Positions 29,724 through 39,541 of a DNA stretch of 64,000 nucleotides are shown here, in pieces (within the stretch, counting starts at the first letter, position 1; each line of letters begins with the position of its first letter). The notes beneath the pieces are model-generated. The model was not told the DNA's origin, ran no database searches, and saw only the letters and a list, made by a program, of their open reading frames with translations. A program made the position numbers and the translations under genes. The stretch spans positions 1,408,001 to 1,472,000 of the forward strand of contig CAVSGM010000002.1 in NCBI GenBank assembly GCA_963727485.1, read 5' to 3'. Source of the DNA: an uncultured delta proteobacterium. Lineage in GTDB: Bacteria > Myxococcota > Myxococcia > SLRQ01.

Positions 29724-31802
29724 ATGAACCCCTTCGTGATGGGCGCGATGCTCGTCCTCGCCCTCTCCGCCTTCGCGTACACCATGCAGCACCGGGTGCG
29801 CCTGCTCCTCGCCCTGCGCGGCGAGAACCGCTTCGACCACCCGGTCGCCCGCCTCGGCGCCATGCTGAAGTTCGCCGTGGGCCAGCGGCGCATGGTCCAG
29901 AAGCCCGACACCCGCCCGGGCACCGCCCACGTCCTCATCTTCTTCGGGTTCCTGGTGGTCTCCCTGCGCACCATCACCCTGGTGGGCCAGGGCTTCTCCG
30001 TGGGCTTCCACCTGCCGCTGCTCGGGGCCGAGCAGCCGCTGGGCGTCGCCTACGACTTCCTCAAGGACTTCGTCAGCCTCGGGGTGCTCTTCGGCGTCGG
30101 GGTGTTCTTCTACCGGCGCCTGTGGAGCAAGCCCGAGCGCTCGGAGCCCAACCTCAAGGGCGAGGCCCTGGCGATCCTGGCCATGATCGCCTGGCTGATG
30201 ATCTCCGACTTCGGGGTCGAGGGGGCGCGCTTCCTCATGGGCGCGGTCCACCCGGCGAGCATCGTCGGCCAGGGCGTCGAGCACCTCTACGCGGGCCTCG
30301 GGTTCACCGCCGCCGGCCTCGGCACGCAGGTGGCCCTCCAGTTCTTCTTCTGGACCCACGTGGGCACGGTGCTGGTGTTCCTCAACGTGCTGCCCATCGG
30401 CAAGCACTTCCACGTGATCACCGCCCTGCCCAACGTGTTCTTCAAGCGCCTCGACGCCAAGGCCAAGCTCCCGACCCTCGACCTCGAGGACGAGGAGAAC
30501 CCCCACTTCGGCGCGGCGACCATCGCCGACCTCCACTGGAAGAACCTCTTCGACATCTACACCTGCACCGAGTGCGGCCGCTGCCTCACCCACTGCCCCA
30601 CCTACGTGACCGGCAAGCCGCTGACCCACAAGGGCGTCAACATGGCGCTCAAGCACCACGCCTACGACCTCACCCAGGGGCTCATCGGCGAGACCGACTG
30701 GGTGCCGGGGATGCCGCTGGTCAAGGCCATCGAGGACGGCGCGCTGCCGGCCTTGAACCCCGGGGTCATCTCCGACGAGACCGCCTGGGCCTGCACCACC
30801 TGCGGGTGGTGCGAGCAGGCCTGCCCCCTGTTCATCGAGAACGTGCCCCGGCTCATCGAGATGCGCCGCAACCTGGTGATGGTCGAGAGCCGCTTCCCCG
30901 GTGAGCTCACCCCGTTCTTCAAGAACCTGGAGAACCAGTCCAACCCCTGGGGCGTGGCCGCCGCCGACCGCGACGCCTGGTGCGCCGACCTCGACGTCCC
31001 CCGGGCCGCCGACGGCGGCGAGTTCGACTACCTCTACTACGTGGGCTGCGCCAGCTCCTTCGACGACCGGGCCAAGAAGATCTCCCGCTCGGTGGTCCAG
31101 GTGCTCAAGGCCGCCGACGTGAGCTTCGCCATCCTCGGCCGCGAGGAGAGCTGCAACGGCGACCAGGCCCGCCGCGCCGGCAACGAGTACCTCTACCAGA
31201 TCCTCGCCCAGCAGCTCATCGAGACCCTCGACGGCTACAAGGTGAAGAAGATCATCACCACCTGCCCCCACTGCTTCAACGTGCTCTTCAACGAGTACCC
31301 CGACCTCGGCGGCCACTACGAGGTGATCCACCACTCGAGCTTCATCGAGGCGCTGATGCGCGACGGGAAGCTCAAGCTCGACGCCTCGCGGTGGTCGGGC
31401 GGCAAGATCACCTACCACGACGCCTGCTACCTCGGCCGGCACAACGGGGTCTTCGACGCGCCCCGGGACGCCCTGAAGCAGGCCACCGGGCTCCCGGTCC
31501 TGGAGATGCCGCGCAACCGCGAGCAGGCCTTCTGCTGCGGCGCCGGCGGCAGCCGGATGTGGATGGAGGAGAAGCTCGGCACCCGGATCAACCAGAACCG
31601 GGTCGCCGAGGCCAAGGAGACCGGCGCCGACGTGGTCGCCACCGCCTGCCCCTTCTGCCAGACCATGGTCAAGGACGGCATCAGCGAGCTCGGCCTCGAG
31701 GAGCAGCTCAAGACCTTCGACTTCGCCGAGATCGTCGCCGAGACCCTCGCCGGGCAGGTGGCCGCGCCCAAGGCCGCGGCCGCCCCCGAGACCGAGGGGT
31801 GA
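29724..31802 (+). CDS. FadF/EMO-like membrane b-cytochrome plus HdrD-like Fe-S oxidoreductase
   Basis: TM region with His motifs (AHVLIFFGF, WTHV, KHFH); CTECGRCLTHCP and CTTCGWCEQACP; CCG domains (YHDACYLGR, FCCGAGG, ACPFC). Confidence 0.9.
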   Translation: MNPFVMGAMLVLALSAFAYTMQHRVRLLLALRGENRFDHPVARLGAMLKFAVGQRRMVQKPDTRPGTAHVLIFFGFLVVSLRTITLVGQGFSVGFHLPLLGAEQPLGVAYDFLKDFVSLGVLFGVGVFFYRRLWSKPERSEPNLKGEALAILAMIAWLMISDFGVEGARFLMGAVHPASIVGQGVEHLYAGLGFTAAGLGTQVALQFFFWTHVGTVLVFLNVLPIGKHFHVITALPNVFFKRLDAKAKLPTLDLEDEENPHFGAATIADLHWKNLFDIYTCTECGRCLTHCPTYVTGKPLTHKGVNMALKHHAYDLTQGLIGETDWVPGMPLVKAIEDGALPALNPGVISDETAWACTTCGWCEQACPLFIENVPRLIEMRRNLVMVESRFPGELTPFFKNLENQSNPWGVAAADRDAWCADLDVPRAADGGEFDYLYYVGCASSFDDRAKKISRSVVQVLKAADVSFAILGREESCNGDQARRAGNEYLYQILAQQLIETLDGYKVKKIITTCPHCFNVLFNEYPDLGGHYEVIHHSSFIEALMRDGKLKLDASRWSGGKITYHDACYLGRHNGVFDAPRDALKQATGLPVLEMPRNREQAFCCGAGGSRMWMEEKLGTRINQNRVAEAKETGADVVATACPFCQTMVKDGISELGLEEQLKTFDFAEIVAETLAGQVAAPKAAAAPETEG

Positions 31803-31852
31803 TCCGGGCGTCGGGGGTGGGATCGCGGCGGCACCCGTGGCAGGGTGTCGCC

Positions 31853-33115
31853 GTGCCCGCCGTGAACCGAAGCCGGCGGCCCCTTGGCCGTCTCGCCGTC
31901 GCCGCCGTCACCCTCCTCGCCCTCACCCGCTGCGGGGCCTGCGACTGCAGCTTCTCGCCGCCCCCGCCGCCGGCGCTGGCGCCGAAGCCGGGGCAGGCAG
32001 CCACGGTGAAGGCGCCGGTGACCGGGACCTGGCTCGCCGCCGCCGAGGACGGGAAGGGCCAGGTGGTCCTCGTCGCCACCGGCGCCGACGGGGAAGTGAC
32101 CTTCGCGACCAAGGGGCCAGCGGGGGGGGCCCGGGGCTGGGCCACCGAGCCGGTGCTCCAGGGGGCCACCGCCGGGCCCCTGTCCCTGGCCCTGGCGCCG
32201 AAGAGCGGCGAGGCGGTGGTGGCGGTGGTGGTCCACCCGAACCCGGACCTCGGTGCGCCCCCCATCGGCGCCCCCGCCGGCGCCGAGGCCGCCGGCCCCG
32301 CCCCCGCCGGCGAAGGCGAGCTGGTGGTCGCCCGCCGGCGCCTCCCGCGGCTGTGGCGCCTGCGCCCGGTGGCCGTCGGCGCCCTCGATCCCTCGGTGGC
32401 CGTGGACGCCAAGGGCACCGTGCACCTGGCCTTCCTCCAGCGCGCCGCCACCGGCTACGTCGTGGTCTACGCCCGCCTCGGCGAGAGCGGGGTGAGCCGG
32501 TCGGTGGTGGGCCAGACCGGGATCCCCCGGCCCCCCCGGATCGCCCTGGCCGGGGGTCGCCCGGAGATCGCCTACGTCGCCGACGGGCCCCAGATCCTCC
32601 TCGCCACCGCCGGCGCCGGGGACGCCTTCTCGGGCCGCCCGGTCCCGGCGGGGGTCTTCGGCGAGCCCGCCGAGCCCCCCTCGACCATGGACCTCCTCGC
32701 CCGCCCCGGGGCCCAGCCGGTCCTCGCCTTCCTGCGGCCCTTCGCCGGGGGCACCCTCCACCTCTTCGGCCACCCGGTGGACCTCCCGGCCACGGCCAAG
32801 GCCGGGGCCAACCTGCTGATGGTCTCGGTCTTCGACGGCAGCGGCCCCGAGTCCAAGGTGGTGGCGGTGCTCCCGAAGGGCGGGCCGCCGCCGTCGCTGG
32901 CCCTCACCGTGGGCCCGGCGGGCCTGGAGGTCGCCGCCGCCGCCGGGGGCACCGCGGTGCTCGCCCTCCGCCGGCCGGTGGGCTGGACGGCCACCGTCCC
33001 CGCCGGGGGCCAGGCCACCGCCGCGGCGCTGGCGGGGACCCGGCCGGTGTTCCTCCTCGGGGACCGGATGCACCTCGGCGCGGCGCCCCAGGCGAGCCGG
33101 GTCGGGCCCCACTAG
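31853..33115 (+). CDS. Hypothetical secreted/lipoprotein, beta-rich (start approximate)
   Basis: Signal-like LAVAAVTLLALTRCGACDC; repeated PSVAVD..G.VHLAF / PRIAL..G.PEIAY strands suggest a beta-propeller. Confidence 0.6.
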   Translation: MPAVNRSRRPLGRLAVAAVTLLALTRCGACDCSFSPPPPPALAPKPGQAATVKAPVTGTWLAAAEDGKGQVVLVATGADGEVTFATKGPAGGARGWATEPVLQGATAGPLSLALAPKSGEAVVAVVVHPNPDLGAPPIGAPAGAEAAGPAPAGEGELVVARRRLPRLWRLRPVAVGALDPSVAVDAKGTVHLAFLQRAATGYVVVYARLGESGVSRSVVGQTGIPRPPRIALAGGRPEIAYVADGPQILLATAGAGDAFSGRPVPAGVFGEPAEPPSTMDLLARPGAQPVLAFLRPFAGGTLHLFGHPVDLPATAKAGANLLMVSVFDGSGPESKVVAVLPKGGPPPSLALTVGPAGLEVAAAAGGTAVLALRRPVGWTATVPAGGQATAAALAGTRPVFLLGDRMHLGAAPQASRVGPH

Positions 33116-33116
33116 G

Positions 33117-34349
33117 GTGCCCGGGCGCCTCCACCCGGCCACCCGGAACCTCCTCGCCGCCCGCTTCGTCCGGAGCCTGGGCCAGGGGGCGCTCCTGGTG
33201 GGCTTCGCCCTCTACCTCGATCGCCTCGGGTGGTCCGCCGGGCGCATCGGGGTGCTGCTGGGGGCCGGGGGCCTCGGCGCCGGCCTCCTGGGCCTGATGG
33301 TCGGGATCACCAGCGACCGCTTCGGCCGCCGGCGCTTCCTCCTCGCCTACCAGTCGGCCCTGGTGGCGGTGGCGGCGACCCTGGTGGTCACCGCCAACCC
33401 GGTGGCGATCTTCGCCGCCACCCTGGTCGGCGGCTTCGGCCGGGGGCAGGCGGGCTCGGCGGGCCCCTTCGCCCCCGCCGAGGGCGCCTGGCTCGCCGAG
33501 GCGGTGCGCCCGGAGAACCGGGGGATGGTCTACAGCCTCAACGCCGCCCTGGGCTTCTTCGGGATGGCCACCGGGGCGCTCGTCGCCGGGGCCATCCCCT
33601 GGCTCCAGCGCTGGCTCCCCGGGGCCAGCGCCTACCGGGCCCTCTTCGTCCTCTCGGCCACCGGGGCGCTGGTGGTCCTGGCGATCCTCGCCCGCACCGA
33701 AGGCGGCACCGGCCACCCCAAGGCCCAGAGGGAGACCGGCGAGGCCGAGCTCCGGCGGCGGGCCACCCGCAAGGCGGAGAACCGGGCGCTCGGCCTGCTG
33801 GTGCTGACCAACGCCTTCAACGGGATCTCCATCGGGCTGACCGCCCCCCTCATCGCCTACTGGTTCGACCTGAAGTTCGGCGTCGGCCCCGGGGCCCTGG
33901 GGCCGGTGTTCGCCGCCACCTTCGTCCTCACCGGGATCGCCTCGATCCTCCTCGGGGCCCTCACCCGGACCTTCGGCGTGGTGCGCTCGGTGGTCGCCGG
34001 CCGGGGGGTGGGCCTGGGCCTCTTGGTGGCGTTGCCGCTGCTCCCCTCCTACGCCCTCGCCGCCTCGGCCTACGCCCTGCGCTCGGCGGTGAGCCGGGGG
34101 ACGGTGGGCGCGCGGCAGGCCCTCACCGTGAGCCTCGTCGGCGACGCCCGAAGGGGCCTGGCCACCAGCCTCTCCATCGTCTCCATGATCCTCCCCTCGG
34201 CGGTGGGGCCGGTGATCGCCGGCTACCTCCTCGAGGCCGGGCACCTCACCCTGCCCTTCTTCCTCGCCGCGGCGATGCAGGTGGTCTACCTGACCCTCTA
34301 CGCGGTGATCTTCCGGCGCTACGAGCCGCCCCGGGCCGCCGGTGCCTAG
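33117..34349 (+). CDS. MFS transporter
   Basis: About 12 hydrophobic segments; motif A GITSDRFGRRRFL. Confidence 0.9.
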   Translation: MPGRLHPATRNLLAARFVRSLGQGALLVGFALYLDRLGWSAGRIGVLLGAGGLGAGLLGLMVGITSDRFGRRRFLLAYQSALVAVAATLVVTANPVAIFAATLVGGFGRGQAGSAGPFAPAEGAWLAEAVRPENRGMVYSLNAALGFFGMATGALVAGAIPWLQRWLPGASAYRALFVLSATGALVVLAILARTEGGTGHPKAQRETGEAELRRRATRKAENRALGLLVLTNAFNGISIGLTAPLIAYWFDLKFGVGPGALGPVFAATFVLTGIASILLGALTRTFGVVRSVVAGRGVGLGLLVALPLLPSYALAASAYALRSAVSRGTVGARQALTVSLVGDARRGLATSLSIVSMILPSAVGPVIAGYLLEAGHLTLPFFLAAAMQVVYLTLYAVIFRRYEPPRAAGA

Positions 34350-34361
34350 GCTCCAGGCGTC

Positions 34362-36770
34362 ATGGACGCCGCGCCGAAGGGGCTGACCACCGCCGAGGCC
34401 ACCGCCCGCCTCGCCCGGGTCGGCCCCAACGCCCTCCCCGAGCCAAGGTCCGGGCTGCTCCTTCGCCTCCTCCACTTCTTCTGGGGCCCCATCCCCTGGA
34501 TGATCGAGGCGGCGGCGATCCTCTCGGCGGTGGTGCGCCACTTCGCCGACCTCGCCATCATCTCCATCCTCCTGGTGGCCAACGCCGCGGTGGGCTTCTG
34601 GGAGGAGTGGCAGGCCGAGGGGGCCATCGCCGCCCTCCGGGCCCACCTGGCCCCGATGGCGCGCGTCCAACGCGACGGAACCTGGAAGACCCTCCCCGCC
34701 CGGGAGCTCGTCCCCGGGGACCTCATCCGCCTGCGCCTCGGCGACATCGTCCCCGCCGACGCCCGGCTCCTCGGCGACGCGGCGGTGGAGGTGGACCAGT
34801 CGGCCCTCACCGGCGAGTCGCTGCCGGTGACCCACGGCGCCGGGGAGACGGTGTACTCGGGGGCCATCCTCCGCCAGGGCGAGAGCGACGCCGAGGTCAC
34901 CGCCACCGGGAAGCACACCTTCTTCGGCCGCACCGTGGAGCTGGTCTCCGAGGCCCGGACGGTGAGCCACTTCCAGCGGGCGGTCCTCAAGATCGGCGAC
35001 TACCTGATCTTCCTGGCGGTGGCGCTGGTGGCCGTCATCGTCCTGGTGGCGCTCTTCCGGGGCGACCGCTTCGGGGACACCCTGCAGTTCGCCCTGGTGC
35101 TCACCGTCGCCGCCATCCCCGTGGCCATGCCCACGGTGCTCTCGGTGACCATGGCGGTGGGGGCCCGGGCCCTGGCGGCGCGCCAGGCGGTGGTGACCCG
35201 GCTGGCCGCGGTGGAGGAGCTGGCGGGGATGGACCTGCTCTTCTCCGACAAGACCGGGACCCTCACCGAGAACCGGCTCCGCCTCGGGGCGCCGGTGTGC
35301 GCGGCGGGGGTGGCCCCCGAGGAGGTCCTCCGGGCGGCGGCGCTGGCCTCCCGGGCCGAGAACGCCGACGCCATCGACGCGACGGTCCTCGCCGGGATCC
35401 CCGACGCCCGCGCCCTCGACGGGTGCACGGTGCTGGCCTTCCACCCCTTCGACCCGGTGGGCAAGCGCACCGAGGCCACGGTGCGCGGCCCGGACGGCGC
35501 GGTGTTCCGGGTGACCAAGGGCGCCCCCCAGGTGATCCGGGCGCTGGCCGGGCCCGAGGCGGCGGACGCGGCCCGCCTCGGGGCGGCGGTGCAGGCGTTC
35601 GCGGTGCGCGGCGACCGGGCCCTCGGGGTCGCCCGGGCCGAGGCCGAGGGCCCGTTCCGCCTCCTGGGCGTCCTGCCCCTCTCGGATCCGCCCCGGGCCG
35701 ACTCCAAGGCGACGGTGGCGGCGGCGCGGGACCTGGGGGTGGCGGTGAAGATGGTCACCGGGGACCAGCTGGCCATCGCCCGGGAGGTCAGCCGGGCCCT
35801 GGACCTCGGCACCCGCCTCCTCGACGCCTCGACCCTCGGCGACACCACCCACCCGGAGAGCGCGGCGGTGGACGACGCCATCGAGGCCGCCGACGGCTTC
35901 GCCGAGGTCTTCCCCGAGCACAAGTACCACCTGGTGGCGGTGGCCCAGCGCCGCGGGCACATCGTGGGGATGACCGGCGACGGGGTGAACGACGCCCCCG
36001 CCCTGAAGAAGGCCGACGCCGGGATCGCCGTCGCCGGCGCCACCGACGCCGCCCGGGCCGCCGCCTCGATCGTGCTCCTCGGCCCCGGCCTCTCGGTGAT
36101 CATCGACGCCATCGGCGAGGCCCGGCGGATCTTCCAGCGGATGACCAGCTACGCGGTCTACCGGATCGCCGAGACGGTGCGGGTGCTCCTGTTCCTGACC
36201 CTCTCGATCCTGGTGTTCGACTTCTACCCGGTGACCGCGGTGATGCTGGTGCTCCTGGCGCTGCTCAACGACGGCGCCATCCTCGCCATCGCCTTCGACC
36301 GGGCCACCCCCTCGAGGCGCCCGGAGGCCTGGAACACCCGGGCGGTGCTGGGCATCGCCACCGTCCTGGGGATCTTCGGGGTGGTGGCGTCGTTCGGGCT
36401 CTTCTACCTGGGGGAGCGGGTCTTCCACCTCGACCGGCCGACGATCCAGACCCTGATGTACCTCAAGCTCTCGGTGGCCGGGCACCTGACCATCTTCGTG
36501 ACCCGGACCCGGGGCCGCTTCTGGACGAGACGCCCGGCGGGGGTGCTGGTGGCGGCGGTGCTCGGGACCCAGGCGCTGGCCACGGTGCTGGCGGTCTACG
36601 GGGTGCTCATGCCCCCCATCGGCTGGCGCTGGGCGGGGGTGGTGTGGGCCTACGCCGCGGCCTGGCTCTTCGTCAACGACCAGGTGAAGCTGGTGGCCTA
36701 TCGGCTCCTCAATCCCCACCAGCTGGTCCTGGGCAGCGGCCGGGCCGGCGCCCAGGCGGCGCCCCGCTGA
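34362..36770 (+). CDS. Plasma-membrane proton-efflux P-type ATPase (P3A)
   Basis: FWGPIPWMIEAAA, DQSALTGES, IPVAMP, DKTGTLT, FDPVGKRT, KGAPQ, PEHKY, GDGVNDAPAL, M6 LLNDG. Confidence 0.93.
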   Translation: MDAAPKGLTTAEATARLARVGPNALPEPRSGLLLRLLHFFWGPIPWMIEAAAILSAVVRHFADLAIISILLVANAAVGFWEEWQAEGAIAALRAHLAPMARVQRDGTWKTLPARELVPGDLIRLRLGDIVPADARLLGDAAVEVDQSALTGESLPVTHGAGETVYSGAILRQGESDAEVTATGKHTFFGRTVELVSEARTVSHFQRAVLKIGDYLIFLAVALVAVIVLVALFRGDRFGDTLQFALVLTVAAIPVAMPTVLSVTMAVGARALAARQAVVTRLAAVEELAGMDLLFSDKTGTLTENRLRLGAPVCAAGVAPEEVLRAAALASRAENADAIDATVLAGIPDARALDGCTVLAFHPFDPVGKRTEATVRGPDGAVFRVTKGAPQVIRALAGPEAADAARLGAAVQAFAVRGDRALGVARAEAEGPFRLLGVLPLSDPPRADSKATVAAARDLGVAVKMVTGDQLAIAREVSRALDLGTRLLDASTLGDTTHPESAAVDDAIEAADGFAEVFPEHKYHLVAVAQRRGHIVGMTGDGVNDAPALKKADAGIAVAGATDAARAAASIVLLGPGLSVIIDAIGEARRIFQRMTSYAVYRIAETVRVLLFLTLSILVFDFYPVTAVMLVLLALLNDGAILAIAFDRATPSRRPEAWNTRAVLGIATVLGIFGVVASFGLFYLGERVFHLDRPTIQTLMYLKLSVAGHLTIFVTRTRGRFWTRRPAGVLVAAVLGTQALATVLAVYGVLMPPIGWRWAGVVWAYAAAWLFVNDQVKLVAYRLLNPHQLVLGSGRAGAQAAPR

Positions 36771-36806
36771 AACGAAAACGCCCCGCAGACACGAGGTCTG
36801 CGGGGC
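36770..36806 (-). terminator. Intrinsic terminator of the cytochrome operon (possibly bidirectional)
   Basis: Perfect 11-bp stem GCCCCGCAGAC / GTCTGCGGGGC (36780-36806) followed on the minus strand by GTTTTCGTTT. Confidence 0.8.
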
Positions 36807-36878
36807 TGCGGCGGGGGCCGGGTGGGGGTCGTCGGGCGGGACGACCGCACCCACCCGGGTCGCCGGGTGGCTGGGTGC

Positions 36879-37487
36879 CTACTTCTTCGGCACCGGGTGC
36901 GCGATCTTCTTGCGCATCTCGTCGAAGTTGAACGGCTTGTAGAACGGGTTGGTGTAGGTCTTCCCGTCGACCGTCCGGGTCTTCTGGTGGCAGGTCTCGC
37001 AGTCCTTGGCGGTGGGCATGATCAGCCCGACCCGCTTGGCGGTGGCGCTGGGCTTGCTGGAGTCGCCCCCCATCTCCTCCCAGATCTTCTTCATGGTGGT
37101 CTTCATCCGGTAGCGCTGACCGGGACCGTGGCAGGCCTCGCACTGCACGCCGTCGGTGGCGTGGAACATCGGCGAGAACCGGCTCTTGGCGAGCCCATGG
37201 CCGGTGGTGTGGCAGATGAGGCAGGCGTCCTGCTTCTGGGGATCGCCGGTGACGCCCAGCTTCTTGGCGGCCGCCTTGGCCTTGTCGGTGCCCAGCACCT
37301 CGTAGGCGTGGGCGTGCTTGCTCTTCTGCCACACCGCGAACTGGTCACCCTGGTCCTTGTGACGGTGGCAGAGGGCGCAGCTCTTGACGCCGACGTAGGT
37401 GAGGTCGGAGGCCTGCACCGGGGTGGGGTGGATGGCCAGGGCGAAGGCGACCAGGCCGGCGACGGAAATCGGGATCAGCATCCTCAT
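36879..37487 (-). CDS. Tetraheme cytochrome c (c554-like)
   Basis: Signal peptide; YVGVKSCALCH, W.KSKHA.AY, CLICH, VQCEACHGPG, CETCH. Confidence 0.9.
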   Translation of the reverse strand: MRMLIPISVAGLVAFALAIHPTPVQASDLTYVGVKSCALCHRHKDQGDQFAVWQKSKHAHAYEVLGTDKAKAAAKKLGVTGDPQKQDACLICHTTGHGLAKSRFSPMFHATDGVQCEACHGPGQRYRMKTTMKKIWEEMGGDSSKPSATAKRVGLIMPTAKDCETCHQKTRTVDGKTYTNPFYKPFNFDEMRKKIAHPVPKK

Positions 37488-38315
37488 TTCGACTTCTCCT
37501 TGGGCATGTTTCCCTTTCGGATCTCTTGCCGTTGCTCCTTGAGGAACCGGAGCAGCTTCTGGGTCTTGACCTCGACGGCATCGAGGTCAAAGGTGTGCCA
37601 CTCGGCGTCCAGCTCGTGGACCATCTTGTCGACGACCTGGAAGGTCGCCTTGAGGTCCTCGGGCTTGGACTTGATGGCGATGTAGCGGGTGTAGCGGTGC
37701 ACGCTCGAGGAACTCGCCGAGGATGGTCTCGGCCTTGCCCGGGATCTCCGGGTGGTTCTTGGTGCGCTGGTTGTGACAGCGGGCGCAGGCGGCCTTGACG
37801 TCGTTGACGTTGAGGACGCTGGTGTTCATGGCCCCGTGGCAGGTGACGCAGTTGGGGCCCTGGCGCGCCTGGCCCTTGGCGACCAGGTGGCGGTAGTGGG
37901 CGCTCTTGCGGAAGCTGTCCGCGACCTCGGAGTGGCACTTGGCGCAGGTGGCGGGGATGTTCTTGTAGTTCACCGCGCTCATCACGCTGCGGTGCCCCTT
38001 GGTCCTGCCCGCGTGGGCCTGACGCCGGTCGTTGGCCTGGGGGTTGCCCCCGTGGCAGTCGACGCAGCTCACCCCCTCCTGGGCGTGGATCGAGTCCTTC
38101 CAGTTGAGGAAGTAGTGGTAGAGGCGCGGGTGGGTGACCAGGAAACGCTGCTGGCTGTGGCAGCGGATGCAGGAGCTCTGCTGCGCCATCACCTGCACCT
38201 TGGTCGGCGCCTTCTTTGCCCCCGATCCGGCAGCGAACGCCGGCACCCCCACCCCGAACGTCAGGGTCAGCAAAGGCAGGAACAAGAGGCGCACGGCGCT
38301 CGATGAACGTCTCAT
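37484..38315 (-). CDS. Pentaheme cytochrome c with C-terminal helical extension (apparent frameshift ~37705)
   Basis: Signal peptide; CIRCH, CVDCH, CAKCH, CVTCH, CARCH; C-terminus continues in ORF 37484..37702. Confidence 0.85.
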
Positions 38316-39535
38316 GTGAGCGGCTCCTTGTCGGGCGCCCGAAGCGCCCCGGTCTCGATGGGGATGGCCACCTTGGCGAGCAGGGTGAACACCAGGGCGC
38401 CGACAGCCCAGACTCCCACCGAGATGATGATCTCGCGTGTGGACGGTGTGTACTGGAAGACCTCGCCGACCGGGGTGGGCACGAAGCCGGGGATGATGAG
38501 GTCGATCCCCTTGTCCACCCAGATGCCGACCACGGTGAGGAAGCAGGCGAGGTTGAGCAGCCACATCTTCTGGCGCAGGGGGTGGATGGTGAGGATCACC
38601 GCCGCCACCACCGACATCACCAGCCCCGCCCAGGTCCAGGGCGCCACCGCCAGCGCCTGGCCGATCCCGAAGAACATGTAGGTGGCGCTCACGGTGTGGG
38701 CGGTGGGGAAGTAGAACTCGGTGAACGCCTCGGCGAACACGAAGAACAGGTCGATCTGCAGCGACACCGCGACGATCAGCGCCAGGGTGTTGACCACCGA
38801 CTCGTCCACGTGGAGCGGGGTGCGCCGCTTGATCACCGCCAGGGCGAGGATGATCAGCGCCGGGCCCGAGGCGAAGGCGCCGGCGAGGAACTTCGGCGCC
38901 AGGAGCGCGTAGTGCCAGAAGGGCCGGCCCACGTTGGAGGAGAAGAGGAAGGCGGTGACGGTGTGGATCCCGATCGCCCAGACGATGGCGATGAACACCC
39001 CCGGGAGGTAGATGCGGGGGTTGGGCTCCTTGCCCCGGTACCGGCTGTAGAGGATGTAGAAGGGGATGGTGAGGTTGAGGAAGAGGTAGCCGGAGAGCAC
39101 CAGCACGTCCCAGGCGAGCATCGACGCCGGCCAGTGGAAGTGGCCGATGTAGGGGATCATGTGCCAGATGCGCTCGGGGTGGCCGAGGTCGACGGTGACG
39201 AAGGTCATGCACATCACCACCGCCGCCACCGCCAGGCCCTCCCCGATGAGGACCACGTGCTTGATGTCCTTGCGGTGGAAGACGTAGGCGGGGATCACCA
39301 GCATCACCGCGGCGGCGGCGACCCCCACCAGGTAGGTGAAGTTGGCGATGTACGAGCCCCAGGAGACCTGGTCGCTCATCCCGGTGATGATCAGGCCGTT
39401 CTCCAGCTGATCGATGTAGTTGGAGGCGGCGAAGACGATCACCACCGACAGCGCCAGGATCCACAGCCAGTAGACACGGCTGCCCTGGACCATCTGCTTG
39501 AAGCCGTCCTTGAAGAACGAGGCGAGGGTATCCAT
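38312..39535 (-). CDS. NrfD/PsrC/DsrP-family quinone-interacting membrane subunit
   Basis: TGMSDQVSWGSYIANFTYLVGVAAAA, DLGHPERIWH, S.LAWD, HTVTAFL; about 10 TM helices. Confidence 0.92.
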   Translation of the reverse strand: MDTLASFFKDGFKQMVQGSRVYWLWILALSVVIVFAASNYIDQLENGLIITGMSDQVSWGSYIANFTYLVGVAAAAVMLVIPAYVFHRKDIKHVVLIGEGLAVAAVVMCMTFVTVDLGHPERIWHMIPYIGHFHWPASMLAWDVLVLSGYLFLNLTIPFYILYSRYRGKEPNPRIYLPGVFIAIVWAIGIHTVTAFLFSSNVGRPFWHYALLAPKFLAGAFASGPALIILALAVIKRRTPLHVDESVVNTLALIVAVSLQIDLFFVFAEAFTEFYFPTAHTVSATYMFFGIGQALAVAPWTWAGLVMSVVAAVILTIHPLRQKMWLLNLACFLTVVGIWVDKGIDLIIPGFVPTPVGEVFQYTPSTREIIISVGVWAVGALVFTLLAKVAIPIETGALRAPDKEPLT

Positions 39536-39541
39536 GTCGTT

